From contig NC_042999.1 in NCBI RefSeq assembly GCF_006345805.1, forward strand, positions 72,168,001-72,232,000: 64,000 bases of DNA, written 5' to 3'. The notes beneath the pieces were generated by a model, which saw only the letters and a list, made by a program, of their open reading frames with translations, searched no databases and was not told the origin of the DNA. The translations under genes and the position numbers were made by a program. The stretch is from Octopus sinensis (Eukaryota). Below, piece by piece: positions 25,102 through 37,325 of this stretch. How positions within the stretch are numbered: position 1 is the stretch's first letter; each line of letters starts with the position of its first letter.

Positions 25102-26760
25102 ATGTCTTCTAGAAGGTGGGCAGTAATCTCGGAAAATTTATATTACTTTCATGGCGAGTTTATGACTAAGAAACGTCAGAGAAAAGTTACAGAATTAATC
25201 AAAAAATTTTACTATGCCTATTTTATTGTGAAATTAGGAGACCAAGATAAGAAGTGGGCTCCTCATAAGACCTTCTCAATTCGTATTGATGAACTAAGAT
25301 ATGGACAAAATGTACGAAGAAATCTTTTCGTTTGGGGTTCCAATGAAATGAAGAAATAAAAATCAGAGTGATGATTGCTACTTTTGCTCATGTAAAGTGC
25401 AGGGATAAAAAGAGTGGGAAAAGCATTGTTTATCCAAATATCCAATCTGCATTGCAAACTGCTGCCCATAGACCACATATTCTAGTCCCATCACCATCAG
25501 GAAATGTTGAAGTCATACACTTGTGTGCTGAATCAGGAGGCAGATATAACAATAACAATGAAGACTTCAACAGCAGTGAAGGTGAAGAACCGCAACTATT
25601 CAACCAGTGTGATTAACTGATTTAGTGACAGACTTAGGGCTCACAAAGGAGTTAGCAGAGAATTTAAGTTCCAGACCGAAATCCAAGGATCTAAAATATC
25701 CTCGTGCATCATTCTGTAGGTATCGTAACCTGAAAAAAATTTGTTCCGTGTTTCGCTCAAGAAAATTATTTGGTTTATTGTGCAGACCCATCTGCACATT
25801 ATTGTTTATTGTACAGGACTAATTAAAAAGTTTGGTATAAGTTATAGCCCTGATGAACAGAAACTCATTATTGATTCCTCAAAGAGAGCTCTTAAAGCTG
25901 TTCTGTTGCATGATGGTAATAAATAAGCTTCCATCTCTGCTAGACACTCACTGATCATAAAGGAATCATATGGACATTTGGTGTCACTCTTACGCAATTC
26001 AAAGATCACCAATGGATGATTTGCGGTGACTTGAAAATAATTTGCATGTTACCTGGACAACAGTTAGGCTACACAAAATGTCCTTGTTCCATGCATGGAT
26101 GGAACAATATTGCCAGGAACTTCCATTGATCTAAAAAAAGAACGGTCAAGTAGGAATACGTTTACACTAGGAACATCGAATATCCTTCGAGTAAGTTTGT
26201 TGATCCGGAAGGTGTTTCTTTGCTTCCTCTACATATAAAATTTAATCACGTGAAGCAATTCGTGAAAGCTTTGCAATAGGATAAAGAGGGTTTCAAGTAT
26301 CTGTGTAGCAAGTTTCCTACTCTATTAAACACCAAGTATGAAGAGGGTATATTTGTAGGATCAGATATAAGGAAACTCATCAAGGATGGAAAATTTTGAA
26401 AACTCTTAGTGATTCTGAAAATATATGCTTGGATTAGTTTTCATGATGGATGAAGAGCTTCTTGAATAATCGCAAGGATACAAGATACAAAGACATAGTG
26501 GCAAGAATGCTGGCAAAGTTTAAGATATTATGATATAGAATGAGCATTAAAGTTAATTTCCTACATACCCATTTGGATTTTTTTCCGGAAAATCTGGAGG
26601 ATGTGAATGAGGAAGAGAGGTAAATGTCTCATCAAAACATAAAGGAGATGGAAAGAAGATATAAGGGGAGTTCGAATATCAATACAATGACTACTGCCGG
26701 ATGTTGCAACGTGAATATCTATCAAATGCTCACAAGCAAAAGTGTTCCAGGAATAGTTAG
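25102..26760 (+). pseudogene. Chapaev-like transposase pseudogene
   Basis: YYAYFIVKLGDQDKKWAPHK, SIVYPNIQSA, SSKRALKAVLLHDGNK, WMICGDLK and KEGIFVG-like blocks; several stops and frameshifts. Confidence 0.8.
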
Positions 26761-27437
26761 TTTTCCAGTGAAAAAGAAGGTTTTGAAGTGCTGTACCTAA
26801 AAAATAGATGAAACCATTGTTAAACATTTTTTTTACCTTTCAATTGCATTCGTGCCCTTTTATTTTGCTAAATAAAGTACCAAAATTATTTTTACTGTTT
26901 TTATTTTTGTACCACCATTTGCAGATTTACCTACAACTTATGATATATATTATCATTAGATTGTGAGAAAATATGGGTAATGACATTCAATTATCAAAGC
27001 GATTTACAAAATTTCCAACTCACAGACCTGTGCAATTGAAGAGTATTGAAAATATAGTGATATAAACAACTCAGGTAATATAGACGTGAGATGGAATGTC
27101 ATACATTTTAAATAACATCTTTACTTCTCAGATAACATCATGTTGGGTGTGTTCCTTTCGACTCAAAATGTGTAACCAAATGCCTCAGTGAAAAGGATTA
27201 GCATCTAAAGTGTATGAGAAAACAGAGATAATATTTTATTATCTTCGTTCCATATCAGTGTAAAGTTAATAAAATCGCTAAAGTAAGGTCGTGTCATGTG
27301 AGAATTCCTTATCTATTTATATCTGAATTTGGAAATGTTCGAGAAGAATTATTTAATTGTACATCGCACTTCTGTTACAATACATACTTGAATATAAATA
27401 AAATAATACAATATAAATAATATAATACAATATAGAG

Positions 27438-27533
<96 letters not shown>

Positions 27534-27543
27534 GTATATATAT

Positions 27544-27606
<63 letters not shown>
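27438..27606. repeat. (GATA)n followed by (TA)n
   Basis: Direct reading. Confidence 0.95.
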
Positions 27607-27610
<4 letters not shown>

Positions 27611-27670
27611 TATTTGGAAATGGATGCGTGGCTTTCAGTCAGATAATGATATCAATAATATAAATAATAT

Positions 27671-27974
27671 ATATGTGCATAGGGATTCAGGATGTCACAA
27701 ACAGTAAACAACATGAAATACGAAAACCAGCGAGTTAAATACGCAAAAAATAAAAGAAAATAATGGAAAACAAGACAAGTAACATAAAGAACGAACCTTG
27801 TTCCGTGCTTGAAATGAGGAGTAGATAGGCAGCAGACAACTGATGACGGGTCGTTCTTTATGTTACTTATACTGTTTTCCATTTGTTCCTCTCGTTGCTT
27901 GCATATTCAACTCATTTGTTTTCGTATTTCATGTTGTTTGCTGTTTGTAACGTCCTGTACCCATATGTACATAT
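27671..27974. repeat. Long imperfect inverted repeat (~127-bp arms, 50-nt spacer)
   Basis: 27671-27797 pairs with 27848-27974. Confidence 0.85.
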
Positions 27975-28169
27975 TTATATATATACATACATACAAACAC
28001 AATATTTACATATCACCCGAGGAATCACAACTAGATCTCATAATGCAGGGAAACAGTTGTATAATCAAGTATCTGCACACCTGGAGAACTACGTAGCGTC
28101 GAAACAATTATAATGAATAAAAACATATCTCCAACCGTACTCCTTGTTGACTCCAATTTCATCAATTAA

Positions 28170-28207
<38 letters not shown>

Positions 28208-28472
28208 TGATGTTGAACTTAAAAATGGTCTATGACTATTTAATTTTTTCCCACTAGGCCGCTGGTGGCAAAAGGAATTCTACTAAATTTTTTTCACCAC
28301 CCTATATTGATTAATTATGAATTTTCTGGTTAATTCCGTAATGGAATCGACGGCTTATATTTATTTGCTGCCGATAAATTTGGCGCGAGTGCGACGATTT
28401 GAAAATTTTAGGTCAGATATTGCCTTGGCAGTGTCGGAAATGCCTCGTGAAAATATCTGTTCCGACTTGGCT

Positions 28473-28579
28473 ATTTCTTGCTGAAGAATCTGAGGGCCTA
28501 TGGAAGATTGGCTTGATTTAATTTAATCAGGTTAGTTTACCATTAAACAGCAGACGAAACGGTGCATCGTACAAGAAAT
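28473..28579 (+). ncRNA. Type I hammerhead ribozyme, copy 1
   Basis: Stem I atttcttg (28473-28480)/caagaaat (28572-28579), 8 bp. Core CTGAAGA at 28481-28487. Stem II tctg/caga closed by A.C. GAAA at 28556-28559. Stem III acgg-tgca-tcgt. GUA cleavage predicted after 28571. Confidence 0.85.
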
Positions 28580-28964
28580 TACAGGGTAAATGTTTTTTTA
28601 AATTTTCTCCTGTTTACGGAATTGATCTTTATTTGCGGTTGAAGCTTTGGCTGTTATTTCTAGTGGGTGAATGGCCTATTATGGCCGTTCCTTGATTGTT
28701 GATGTTGAACTTAAAAATGGTCTATGACTATTTAATTTTTTCCCACTAGGCCGCTGGTGGCAAAAGGAATTCTACTAAATTTTTTTCACCACCCTATATT
28801 GATTAATTATGAATTTTCTGGTTAATTCCGTAATGGAATCGACGGCTTATATTTATTTGCTGCCGATAAATTTGGCGCGAGTGCGACGATTTGAAAATTT
28901 TAGGTCAGATATTGCCTTGGCAGTGTCGGAAATGCCTCGTGAAAATATCTGTTCCGACTTGGCT

Positions 28965-29071
28965 ATTTCTTGCTGAAGAATCTGAGGGCCTATGGAAGAT
29001 TGGCTTGATTTAATTTAATCAGGTTAGTTTACCATTAAACAGCAGACGAAACGGTGCATCGTACAAGAAAT
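28965..29071 (+). ncRNA. Type I hammerhead ribozyme, copy 2
   Basis: Same sequence as copy 1 shifted by 492 bp; predicted cleavage after 29063. Confidence 0.85.
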
Positions 29072-29294
29072 TACAGGGTAAATGTTTTTTTAAATTTTCT
29101 CCTGTTTACGGAATTGATCTTTATTTGCGGTTGAAGCTTTGGCTGTTATTTCTAGTGGGTGAATGGCCTATTATGGCCGTTCCTTGATTGTTGATGTTGA
29201 ACTTAAAAATGGTCTATGACTATTTAATTTTTTCCCACTAGGCCGCTGGTGGCAAAAGGAATTCTACTAAATTTTTTTCACCACCCTATATTGA

Positions 29295-29372
<78 letters not shown>

Positions 29373-30427
29373 CATGAGTATGTGGGTCTATATAGTAGTG
29401 CATATACACATTTATATACATATGTTTTTGCGTGCGCGTATATACGTATATAGATATATATACATAATTTTCTTTCCCTCAGTGATTCATCAGCCCTCAC
29501 TATCACTTTAGCTAATACAATAAATGCCTCGGTCTATTTTTAGAAACTTAACCATTATATCTTATTATTCTTCCTTTTCTTTTTGAGGTTTACTCCTCAC
29601 TTGTAGTACACACAACATACCATTTTTTTACTTATCTCTCCATCTTAGTGCCTTTCAAACATATCACCTCACCTCGATCGTCTGACACAAATTCCTCCCT
29701 TACATACTTCTTTCTTCTTTCTTTCCCTCCCCTATTCCTTTTATCTACTGATAGCTCTCCTCTACCGCCTCACAATATCTTGACCACCTCTAGCATTCCT
29801 TTTTTTCATTTTCTCTTCCTCCTTCTTTGTTTCTATCTTTCTTTTATCCTCCCCTATTCCTTTTAACCAATACCATTCTCCTCCTTCTAGCATACATATC
29901 TCTTCTCTCCGTCCACTTACCCCTACTAGGACTTTCTTAAGATTTCATTCACACTACAAGACTATCTGAATGAAGTGCTAAACAAGTGCTTATCAGGAAA
30001 CAAATACAAATAATCAGAAAATAGAGAATAGCGCATACAAATAGTAGCCCCTGATAGTAAAATGTAGCCTTTCCTATATTGTTTGCTCTCTTTACCCTCC
30101 AGCACCTTTTATACCAAGGATGTATTTGTCGGCACTTGCTAGAATTTGGACTTATTTCGCTACTAACTTATTGTTCTTTCCTCCACTCACTGCCCTTCCC
30201 ACACTTTAAATGGATATTAATAGCCCTACATATTTGGGAACAATATCACCCCAATGCTTGATATATTCATCTTATTTCATTTTATTTTTTATTATATGTA
30301 ATTTTTTCTTTATTTTATTGTACACTTTGACCATCCTCTCCCACCTTGTATTTGCTACTATGTTAGTTGAGCTTACCAGCAGATATTTGTAAAAATTTGA
30401 TGTACTATGTAGAACTGTAAGAGTAGC

Positions 30428-30662
30428 CTGTTGATTGAAATTGTATATCTGCACCCACTTAGAGGTAATATATTATATGATAATAATTTTTAAATTATTA
30501 GATTTATTGATAGGAATAATCTGATTTTAGGGTAATGTAATATAAGCACAGACTGTTGATTGTAATAGTATTTTTGCACCCACTTGGAGTTAATATATCT
30601 AGTTTATAATTTTAATTTTTAAATTATTAGATTTAATAGGTATTTCCTTCTAATCTTAGGGC
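30428..30662. repeat. Diverged ~125-bp tandem duplication
   Basis: gttgattg...tgcacccactt...aatttttaaattattagattta...tagg occurs twice. Confidence 0.7.
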
Positions 30663-32343
30663 ATTTGTTATTGCAGTTAATGTAGTTTTAGTAACGTTTG
30701 AATTACGGAAACTTTACTCATAGTACTAATTTGCCTTTGGACTCAGTATTAACTGTACCCATATTGTACTAATATACTCTTTTAAATATAACTTTAATGA
30801 CTATGTAAGCTTATTATGCATATTTAGTATACTGTGGCAACTTGTAAGTTCTATAAATTGATAATAATTAACATGTGATTTTGTCTTAAATATTAACCGC
30901 CTAATTGTAAGTGCCTTTTTATTTGTGCATTGTAGTGTAACTATAAGATGGATTTTTTTTTTGCGTACCTGTATATATCTAATTATTACAATTCGCTATA
31001 TATGAGGTTAAATCCAAATTCATTTCCTAGTAGCCTTAATGAATCCCTGAATTACCTGTACTAGTTGCCTCCCCTTAACTACAACCCGAGGCTACTTACT
31101 CTTTTGACCGTTCCCTCATGCATGTTATAACGTTAAACTGCTGAAAGTAATAAGCAGCACCGCACCACTTATATCATTATCTTCTCCCCCGAATCTTTTT
31201 TCTTCTCTTGTTAATTTTTATAGACATATTCATTGTAACGGTTTTAACTTGTGACCTCGGTGCAAATTGTAACTGATCAATTGTAGAGACAACAGTTTGC
31301 AGTAACCAGCTATTCCTTTCCATGTTATTATTTGAGCTTCAATTTAAACCACTTGCATTTATGTGAGAGACAAGGGTTTACGTCGGTAGAGAACATATAA
31401 TTAGCAGTTTGTTCCGTTGTTATACATATAGACCACAGTATCATTAGATACACGTCTAATAAAGTAAATCCACAGAAATAACAGCTAACGTGAATTGGAT
31501 TTCATCCTTTCATCTGTGTTTGGAGAACATAACAATCAATTAATGTGTTCTTCCCACATTCTCCCTGTTCTCCCCACCTCTTTCGCTCGCTATATTTTTC
31601 TATTTACCTTCCTCACTAGAGTGTTAAAAGTTAAATCTCGTTAAATATCACTATTCAAATATTTGCTGTTTACTGTAAACCACCCACTTTACGGCCATTA
31701 TCATTTCGAAATACAGTGCTATGAAATTAATTTAACGCAATTCAACAAATTATGTTTACGACATAAAATACAGTCAAACCGTTGCCTCAAAGCAGGGTTC
31801 AATTAAAGCATTTTTGAAAACATGTTCCATATTTCGATAACAAAAGCAGATCAGTGTATCCATCTCAACAGGAAATTTCCAGAATCAACAACAGCAATAT
31901 CAACAAGAGAAATAATGGAAGCAATATTAAGAAAAACATTAATTTGAAGAATAACAGCAAACTTTTAGTAAAGTGTTATATATTAAAATTTTTCTATAAA
32001 AGTATGATATTTTCAGTTAAACGCTCTGCGAGAAACAAATTAAGCACAATTAAACCATTGGAATCCTTCAATATCTTTAATGGGATAATTCCATCAAAGT
32101 CTCAAGAGAAGATATTTAAGTGTGAAACTTTATGAAATTATACTAAAACAATAAATATAAGTATACGTGTTATTCACTAAACCCTATGAGTTTTATATCG
32201 CACATTTTTATAGTATTAGAAAGAGAGAGAGGGTATATTTTGACGTTTAATTAAAACTCTAACATTGATTAAAACACACACTTAGTAATATAAATACGTA
32301 CATAAAACATAGTACACACACGTGGATTCATATATATATGTAC

Positions 32344-32423
<80 letters not shown>

Positions 32424-32909
32424 TGTTTGCGTGTGAGGGGGGATCATCAGTTCAGACTGCAAGCGTTAGCTCTATATGATATTTGCCTACACAAACCTAT
32501 GAAAAGAAAAGAGAACTAGCCTTCACGAGTTACCTGAGTCGCGGATCTGTTGTATGCCGTACGATCGCGTTAACTTAGCCGTCAGATTCTATCTGATTTT
32601 CGCTATGACTGGCGAAAGCTAGTAACCTTTCCACATGATGATCAGAGATATACATTCACGGCAGATAGGGTACCCTATTCTGAATTTCAGGGATATGAAT
32701 CGCATTAATATACGGTATTTGCGAGAATAATAAATATATACATATACTTATATACACATATATTCATGTGTACGTGTTTTTGTGCGTTCGTGCATGCGTG
32801 CGTGTGCATGCGTGTGAGTGTGTGTCTGTTTCTCTGAAACGATCGTAAGATGCTTTAAATACTTAATTCAAAACTTTTAAACTATCACATACATTATATA
32901 TTTATACTT

Positions 32910-33242
32910 GTGAGGGCGCGTGGCTTAGTGGTTAGGGCATTCGGCTCATGATCGTAAGGTTGTGAGTTCGATTCCCGGCGACGCGTTGTGTCCTTGAGCA
33001 AGACGCTTTATTTCACGTTGCTCCAGTCCACTCAGCTGGCAAAAATGAGTTGTACTTGTATTTCAAAGGGTCAGCCTTGTCACTCTCTGTGTCACGCTGA
33101 TTATCCCCGAGAACTACGTTAAGGGTACACGTGTCTGTGGAATGCTCAGCCATTTGCACGTTAATTTCACGAGCAAGCTGTTCCGTTGATCGTATCAGCT
33201 GGGACCCTCGTCGTCGTAACCGGCGGAGTCTTTTTTTTTTTA
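32910..33242 (+). mobile_element. SINE family C (tRNA-derived) with 12-bp TSD and T11 tail
   Basis: A box tggcttagtgg, B box gagttcgattcc, core tgtgtccttgagcaagac. TSD atatttatactt at 32898-32909 and 33243-33254. Confidence 0.92.
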
Positions 33243-34083
33243 ATATTTATACTTATACATATTTATATTTTTAATACAATAATTATTTCTTCTTTCTGAA
33301 GAATTTCTAATATTGATTTTCTGTTATTAATAATAATATATTATTATAAAATATATATATATATTTATGTATTTATAAAAGATTTCAGAGACACCGGAAT
33401 GTAATGACGTTTTTCAGCCACAAAAGTGGTTTTCATTCAAGAATCAAACTGCGTACTACATGGCTTAAGAATTGGGCATGTGTTTTCGGTACGTATTACA
33501 GCTACATAATTTTGCATTCTTTAGAGATCCTACGGACGAGCTACGGATACCAAATTAATTTATTTGGTCAGTAATAGCAAAACTCGAGTATAGGACTAAC
33601 TAACTTTCTTATTCACTCTAGTGCCTATCAGCCACGTGCCCTAAGAATCCCTTTCTCTGTGGTTTAACTGCAATTTTTAGTATGTCAGAAAGTCCTGTCT
33701 AGGGTCTTCCCTTCGTGTATAAATCTTTATACACTATTAAATATGTATACATAATACCATAAAATATCAATATTATTATTAAATTTGACAAAGGAGAGAT
33801 CCAATGGATACAAATCAATTTATTAATTAACACCTTCACCTGCAATTGTTTTATTTCGCACCCAATTTAAACTACAAAACATAAGAATATAATCTTGCAT
33901 TTCAAAATAACTTGGGAGGAAAAGCATCAGGATATGAGAAGGACAATACAAAGATTACATTATGATCTGTTGGAATACTCCAGGATACTACGAATGTGTG
34001 TGCACGCATGTGTTAAAATTATTACTTTTATTTTTAATTAAACAATGCTAATAATAACCATGAATAATGAGTTACAGTATATA

Positions 34084-34280
34084 TATTTCTTTACTACCCA
34101 CAAGGGGCTAAACATAGAGGGGGGCAAACAAAGACAGACAAAGGGATTAAGTCGATTACATCGACCCAGTGTGAAGCTGGTACTTTATTTATCGACCCCG
34201 AGAGGATGAAAGGCAAAGTCGACCTCGGCGGAATTTGAACTCAGAACGTAACGACAGACGAAATACCGCTAAGCATTTCG
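34084..34280 (-). mobile_element. SINE family B (tail type 2, Tx1-like tail), 5'-truncated
   Basis: Reverse complement of the body of 55711-55942, including the ctctatgtttagccccttgtgggta tail. Confidence 0.9.
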
Positions 34281-35099
34281 CGTCCTTTAACGAAGCAGTT
34301 CAGTAAAAAGTGATCGAAACAAAAAATACTAGGCTTTAAAAATTAAGTACTGGTATTGATTAGTTCTGCTAAGCTCTTTAATGTAGCACCCCAGCATGAC
34401 TGCACGCCAATGATTGAAACAAGTAAAAGATCAAAGATATGTGGTTGTCTGCATATATATTTAAAGAAAGTGATTTATAGTGGATATATGATCTAAAGTT
34501 TACAACAGCGGTTATATAAATATACATACGTGTAAACTTATCTTGAACATAATCAGTGTATAGTAAATCGTCTGAAGCGAAGCATATCTCTGTTAAACTT
34601 AGATTATGATTTATGAGAATTAATGATTAAATGGTCTTACACTACTGTTTTTCTCCTTTCAATAAGCACAATCGGTCGCATACATGGTACCAAATCAGAA
34701 TAAAATCGGTAATATATTTGTTATACCTGTGAACTTTGAGCGTTTAAACGCTTTCAACTCTCAGGTATCGATCCCTCACCTGTTAATGATAATATAAAAT
34801 AAAATGAAATGATGTTGTTTATAGGTTTTGTCTGTATTTCATATATAATGTGCTATAAATTGTTTCATACCAAAATGCATTTTATATAGTATGTTTTCTT
34901 TCATTGCGATTAATGTTGCATATTGCTCATATTCAGCCGGTTCGCACTAGACTTGATTTTTTACGCAATTTTTCAGGAAAAGATTGATGTATTGGAGAGC
35001 GGCTTTACAGATCATGAAGATTAAAGTTGTTGTTGAGAAAAAGTAAACAAACATGGAGGACTGGAAGCCATTTGAATAGTGGTAAAACGTTACCTAATA

Positions 35100-36134
35100 A
35101 GTCGTGCTGGCTATTAAAATGCTGATATGACTGCTGCTCAATGTTCTGTGAACGCACGCAGTAAAAATTATAAGGCATGACTTGTGTAACTGAAACAAAG
35201 ACTATAAAGTTGTGGTCAGCAGGTGGCCAACAGGAAGGGACATAAAAGGCATTCTGACTACGCCTGCCCGTCGGAATTCATCCAGCAACCGTAGAACAAT
35301 GTTATGGAAGATTCAAACAAGGAAATCCGAGCTCTGGCGAGAGATTTGGGTGTTGGAGTCGTCGCCACCATGAAACTGTCTCTGGATGATGATCTTCTCT
35401 AACACTCGTGCAAGAGACGCAAAAGGGTAAGTCCCGAGATCGAAGGGCAAGGAGAACCGCTTGACGAAACAAAGAAGCTCCTGAACACGCAGAGGCATCC
35501 TGTTAAGCCGGGGAAACTCTGGTTCTTCTCAAATGAAAAGAACCTCTGCTAGGACTTGTTGCATAACGCCTAAGACAACATATGGCTCGCCTAAATCCAT
35601 GTGATGTCTTACGTATTTTGAAAATCGAGTTCCCTCAAACACCACAAACTCTTGAAAATCGAGTTCCCTCAAACCCCTCAAACGGTGTTTTGGTGTTTCA
35701 CCAATGAGGGTGATATCATGCCTCCCACACCTTTGAACAGGTCCGTTGATTCAATGTAGACGGCAATGTGAAGGTGTTGGAGACTGTGGTCAAACCGTGG
35801 CTGGAGAGGGTTGCTGCTGGAAGGCCATATGCGAGGTATAAGGATTCATCTTCTTTCCATACCTCCGGAAAGAGACAGTAGTGGTTGTCGGAAAAAATTC
35901 TTGGACGAAACTGACACCAATATCTGGCCTCTTAATTTCCCCAAATGTAACCCTACAGATTACAATGTTTGGGGTGCAGTTAAGAAAGACTAATCGTTCT
36001 ACATGAAACTGCATGGCCGAGGTTGTGGCAAATATCAAGGAGGTTTTCGGAGTTCCTCCCAGAGACACATAAACTTATACACCAGATTCCGTCTTGAGAC
36101 CTTGATGGAAACTGAGAGTGATTACTTCGAGTAA
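35100..36134 (+). pseudogene. Tc1/mariner transposase remnant, DD37D (maT-type) spacing
   Basis: LWFFSNEKN, VLETVVKPWLERVAAGRPY, IWPLNFPKCNPTDYNVWGAV. 37 residues lie between the 2nd and 3rd Asp after one frameshift is corrected. Confidence 0.8.
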
Positions 36135-36264
36135 ACTCTTATCTGTCAGCCATAATCTGGTTGCTGTTTTTGATTTTCTAAAATACTTCAAATTTTAAAT
36201 GGAATATTGTTTTCTTTAATTTTAAAGCAAACTCTCGAATTTAGCCCGAACACGCATGCACACA

Positions 36265-36298
<34 letters not shown>

Positions 36299-36456
36299 AT
36301 ATATATATCAATATAACTTTATCGACCAAACTATGGGATGTTGTTTTACGTCTCTAGTTACAATGCGGTTCCTCGCATTGATGTACTTTTCGAAGGGTGC
36401 AACTATTCTGGCTAGGTAACAGACGAATATTCTCCCAGCAAAAATACACAGATATA

Positions 36457-36523
<67 letters not shown>

Positions 36524-37263
36524 TGTATGTGTGTGCGTGTGTAGATACAATGCTTTAGTCAATGGAAAAACAATGCCCATATTTCATTTAGAAAAGTTCC
36601 GAAGCTGGTGATCGAGTGGTAGATATTTTTAAAACGGGAATTTGTACGAAATCCTTGCAAACTTGAAAGCGGAATCTACTAAAGGGTGGTGGTGTTAAAC
36701 CGAAAGACCCAAGTAGGACATCATGAGATTTCAACTTTCAATATGTAAACAGTTGGAAGACTGACACTCTCGATTGACTCTTTTTAACGACCTAAAGAAG
36801 ATGAAGCTGAATGGGAGTCAGCGTATAGAGAACAGAAACAAATATTGCGACGTTTTCCGTCGGCCGCCTGTTCTAATGACTCTGCATGTTTTGCCTATAC
36901 ATACATACATACATAGATACATACATACATACATACATACATACATACATACATACATACGTACATACATATATATATATGTATTATATTTCTACCGTTT
37001 TAGTTAACGGATTGCAGCCATCCTGGGGCACCAACTTTAATGGTTTGAGTCGAACAAACTGACCCCAGCACATTTTTGTTTCATGTTTGGTATTTATTCA
37101 ATAGGTCACGTTTGCCGACCCTCTAAGTTACGAGGATGTAGACAAACCAAAGCCGGTTCTCAGGCGATGGCGCGAAGGCAAACACAAATAAAGACACATA
37201 CAATCACGTCGTTGCAAAGTGGACCCAACCGTTTAACCATATACCTACGTTTGGACCAATAAG

Positions 37264-37321
<58 letters not shown>

Positions 37322-37325
<4 letters not shown>

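Larger units (their letters stand above)
24345..27032 (+). mobile_element. Decayed DNA transposon, probably Chapaev/Chapaev3 (CMC group)
   Basis: Imperfect 15-bp TIRs: cataggtctgtgact (24345) and actcacagacctgtg (ends 27032). Transposase remnant inside; SINE inserted at 24532. Family assignment is from recalled motifs, not a search. Confidence 0.65.
28207..29302 (+). mobile_element. Head-to-tail 492-bp repeat (2 units plus 112 bp) with one hammerhead ribozyme per unit; retrozyme-like
   Basis: Units start at 28207, 28699 and 29191 and look identical on inspection; (TA)n tracts on both sides. Confidence 0.85.

Noticed and set aside
27798-27860. CTGATGA and GAAA in the loop of the long inverted repeat read as a hammerhead
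   Set aside because: No permutation (type I, II or III) gives stems I and III with an NUH triplet.
28207-29302. CRISPR array or ordinary satellite
   Set aside because: No repeat-spacer alternation; only 2.2 units, each with a ribozyme fold.
32910-32985. Genuine tRNA gene
   Set aside because: The tRNA-like head has a poor acceptor stem and continues into a SINE body bounded by a TSD; the same applies to the other tRNA-like heads.
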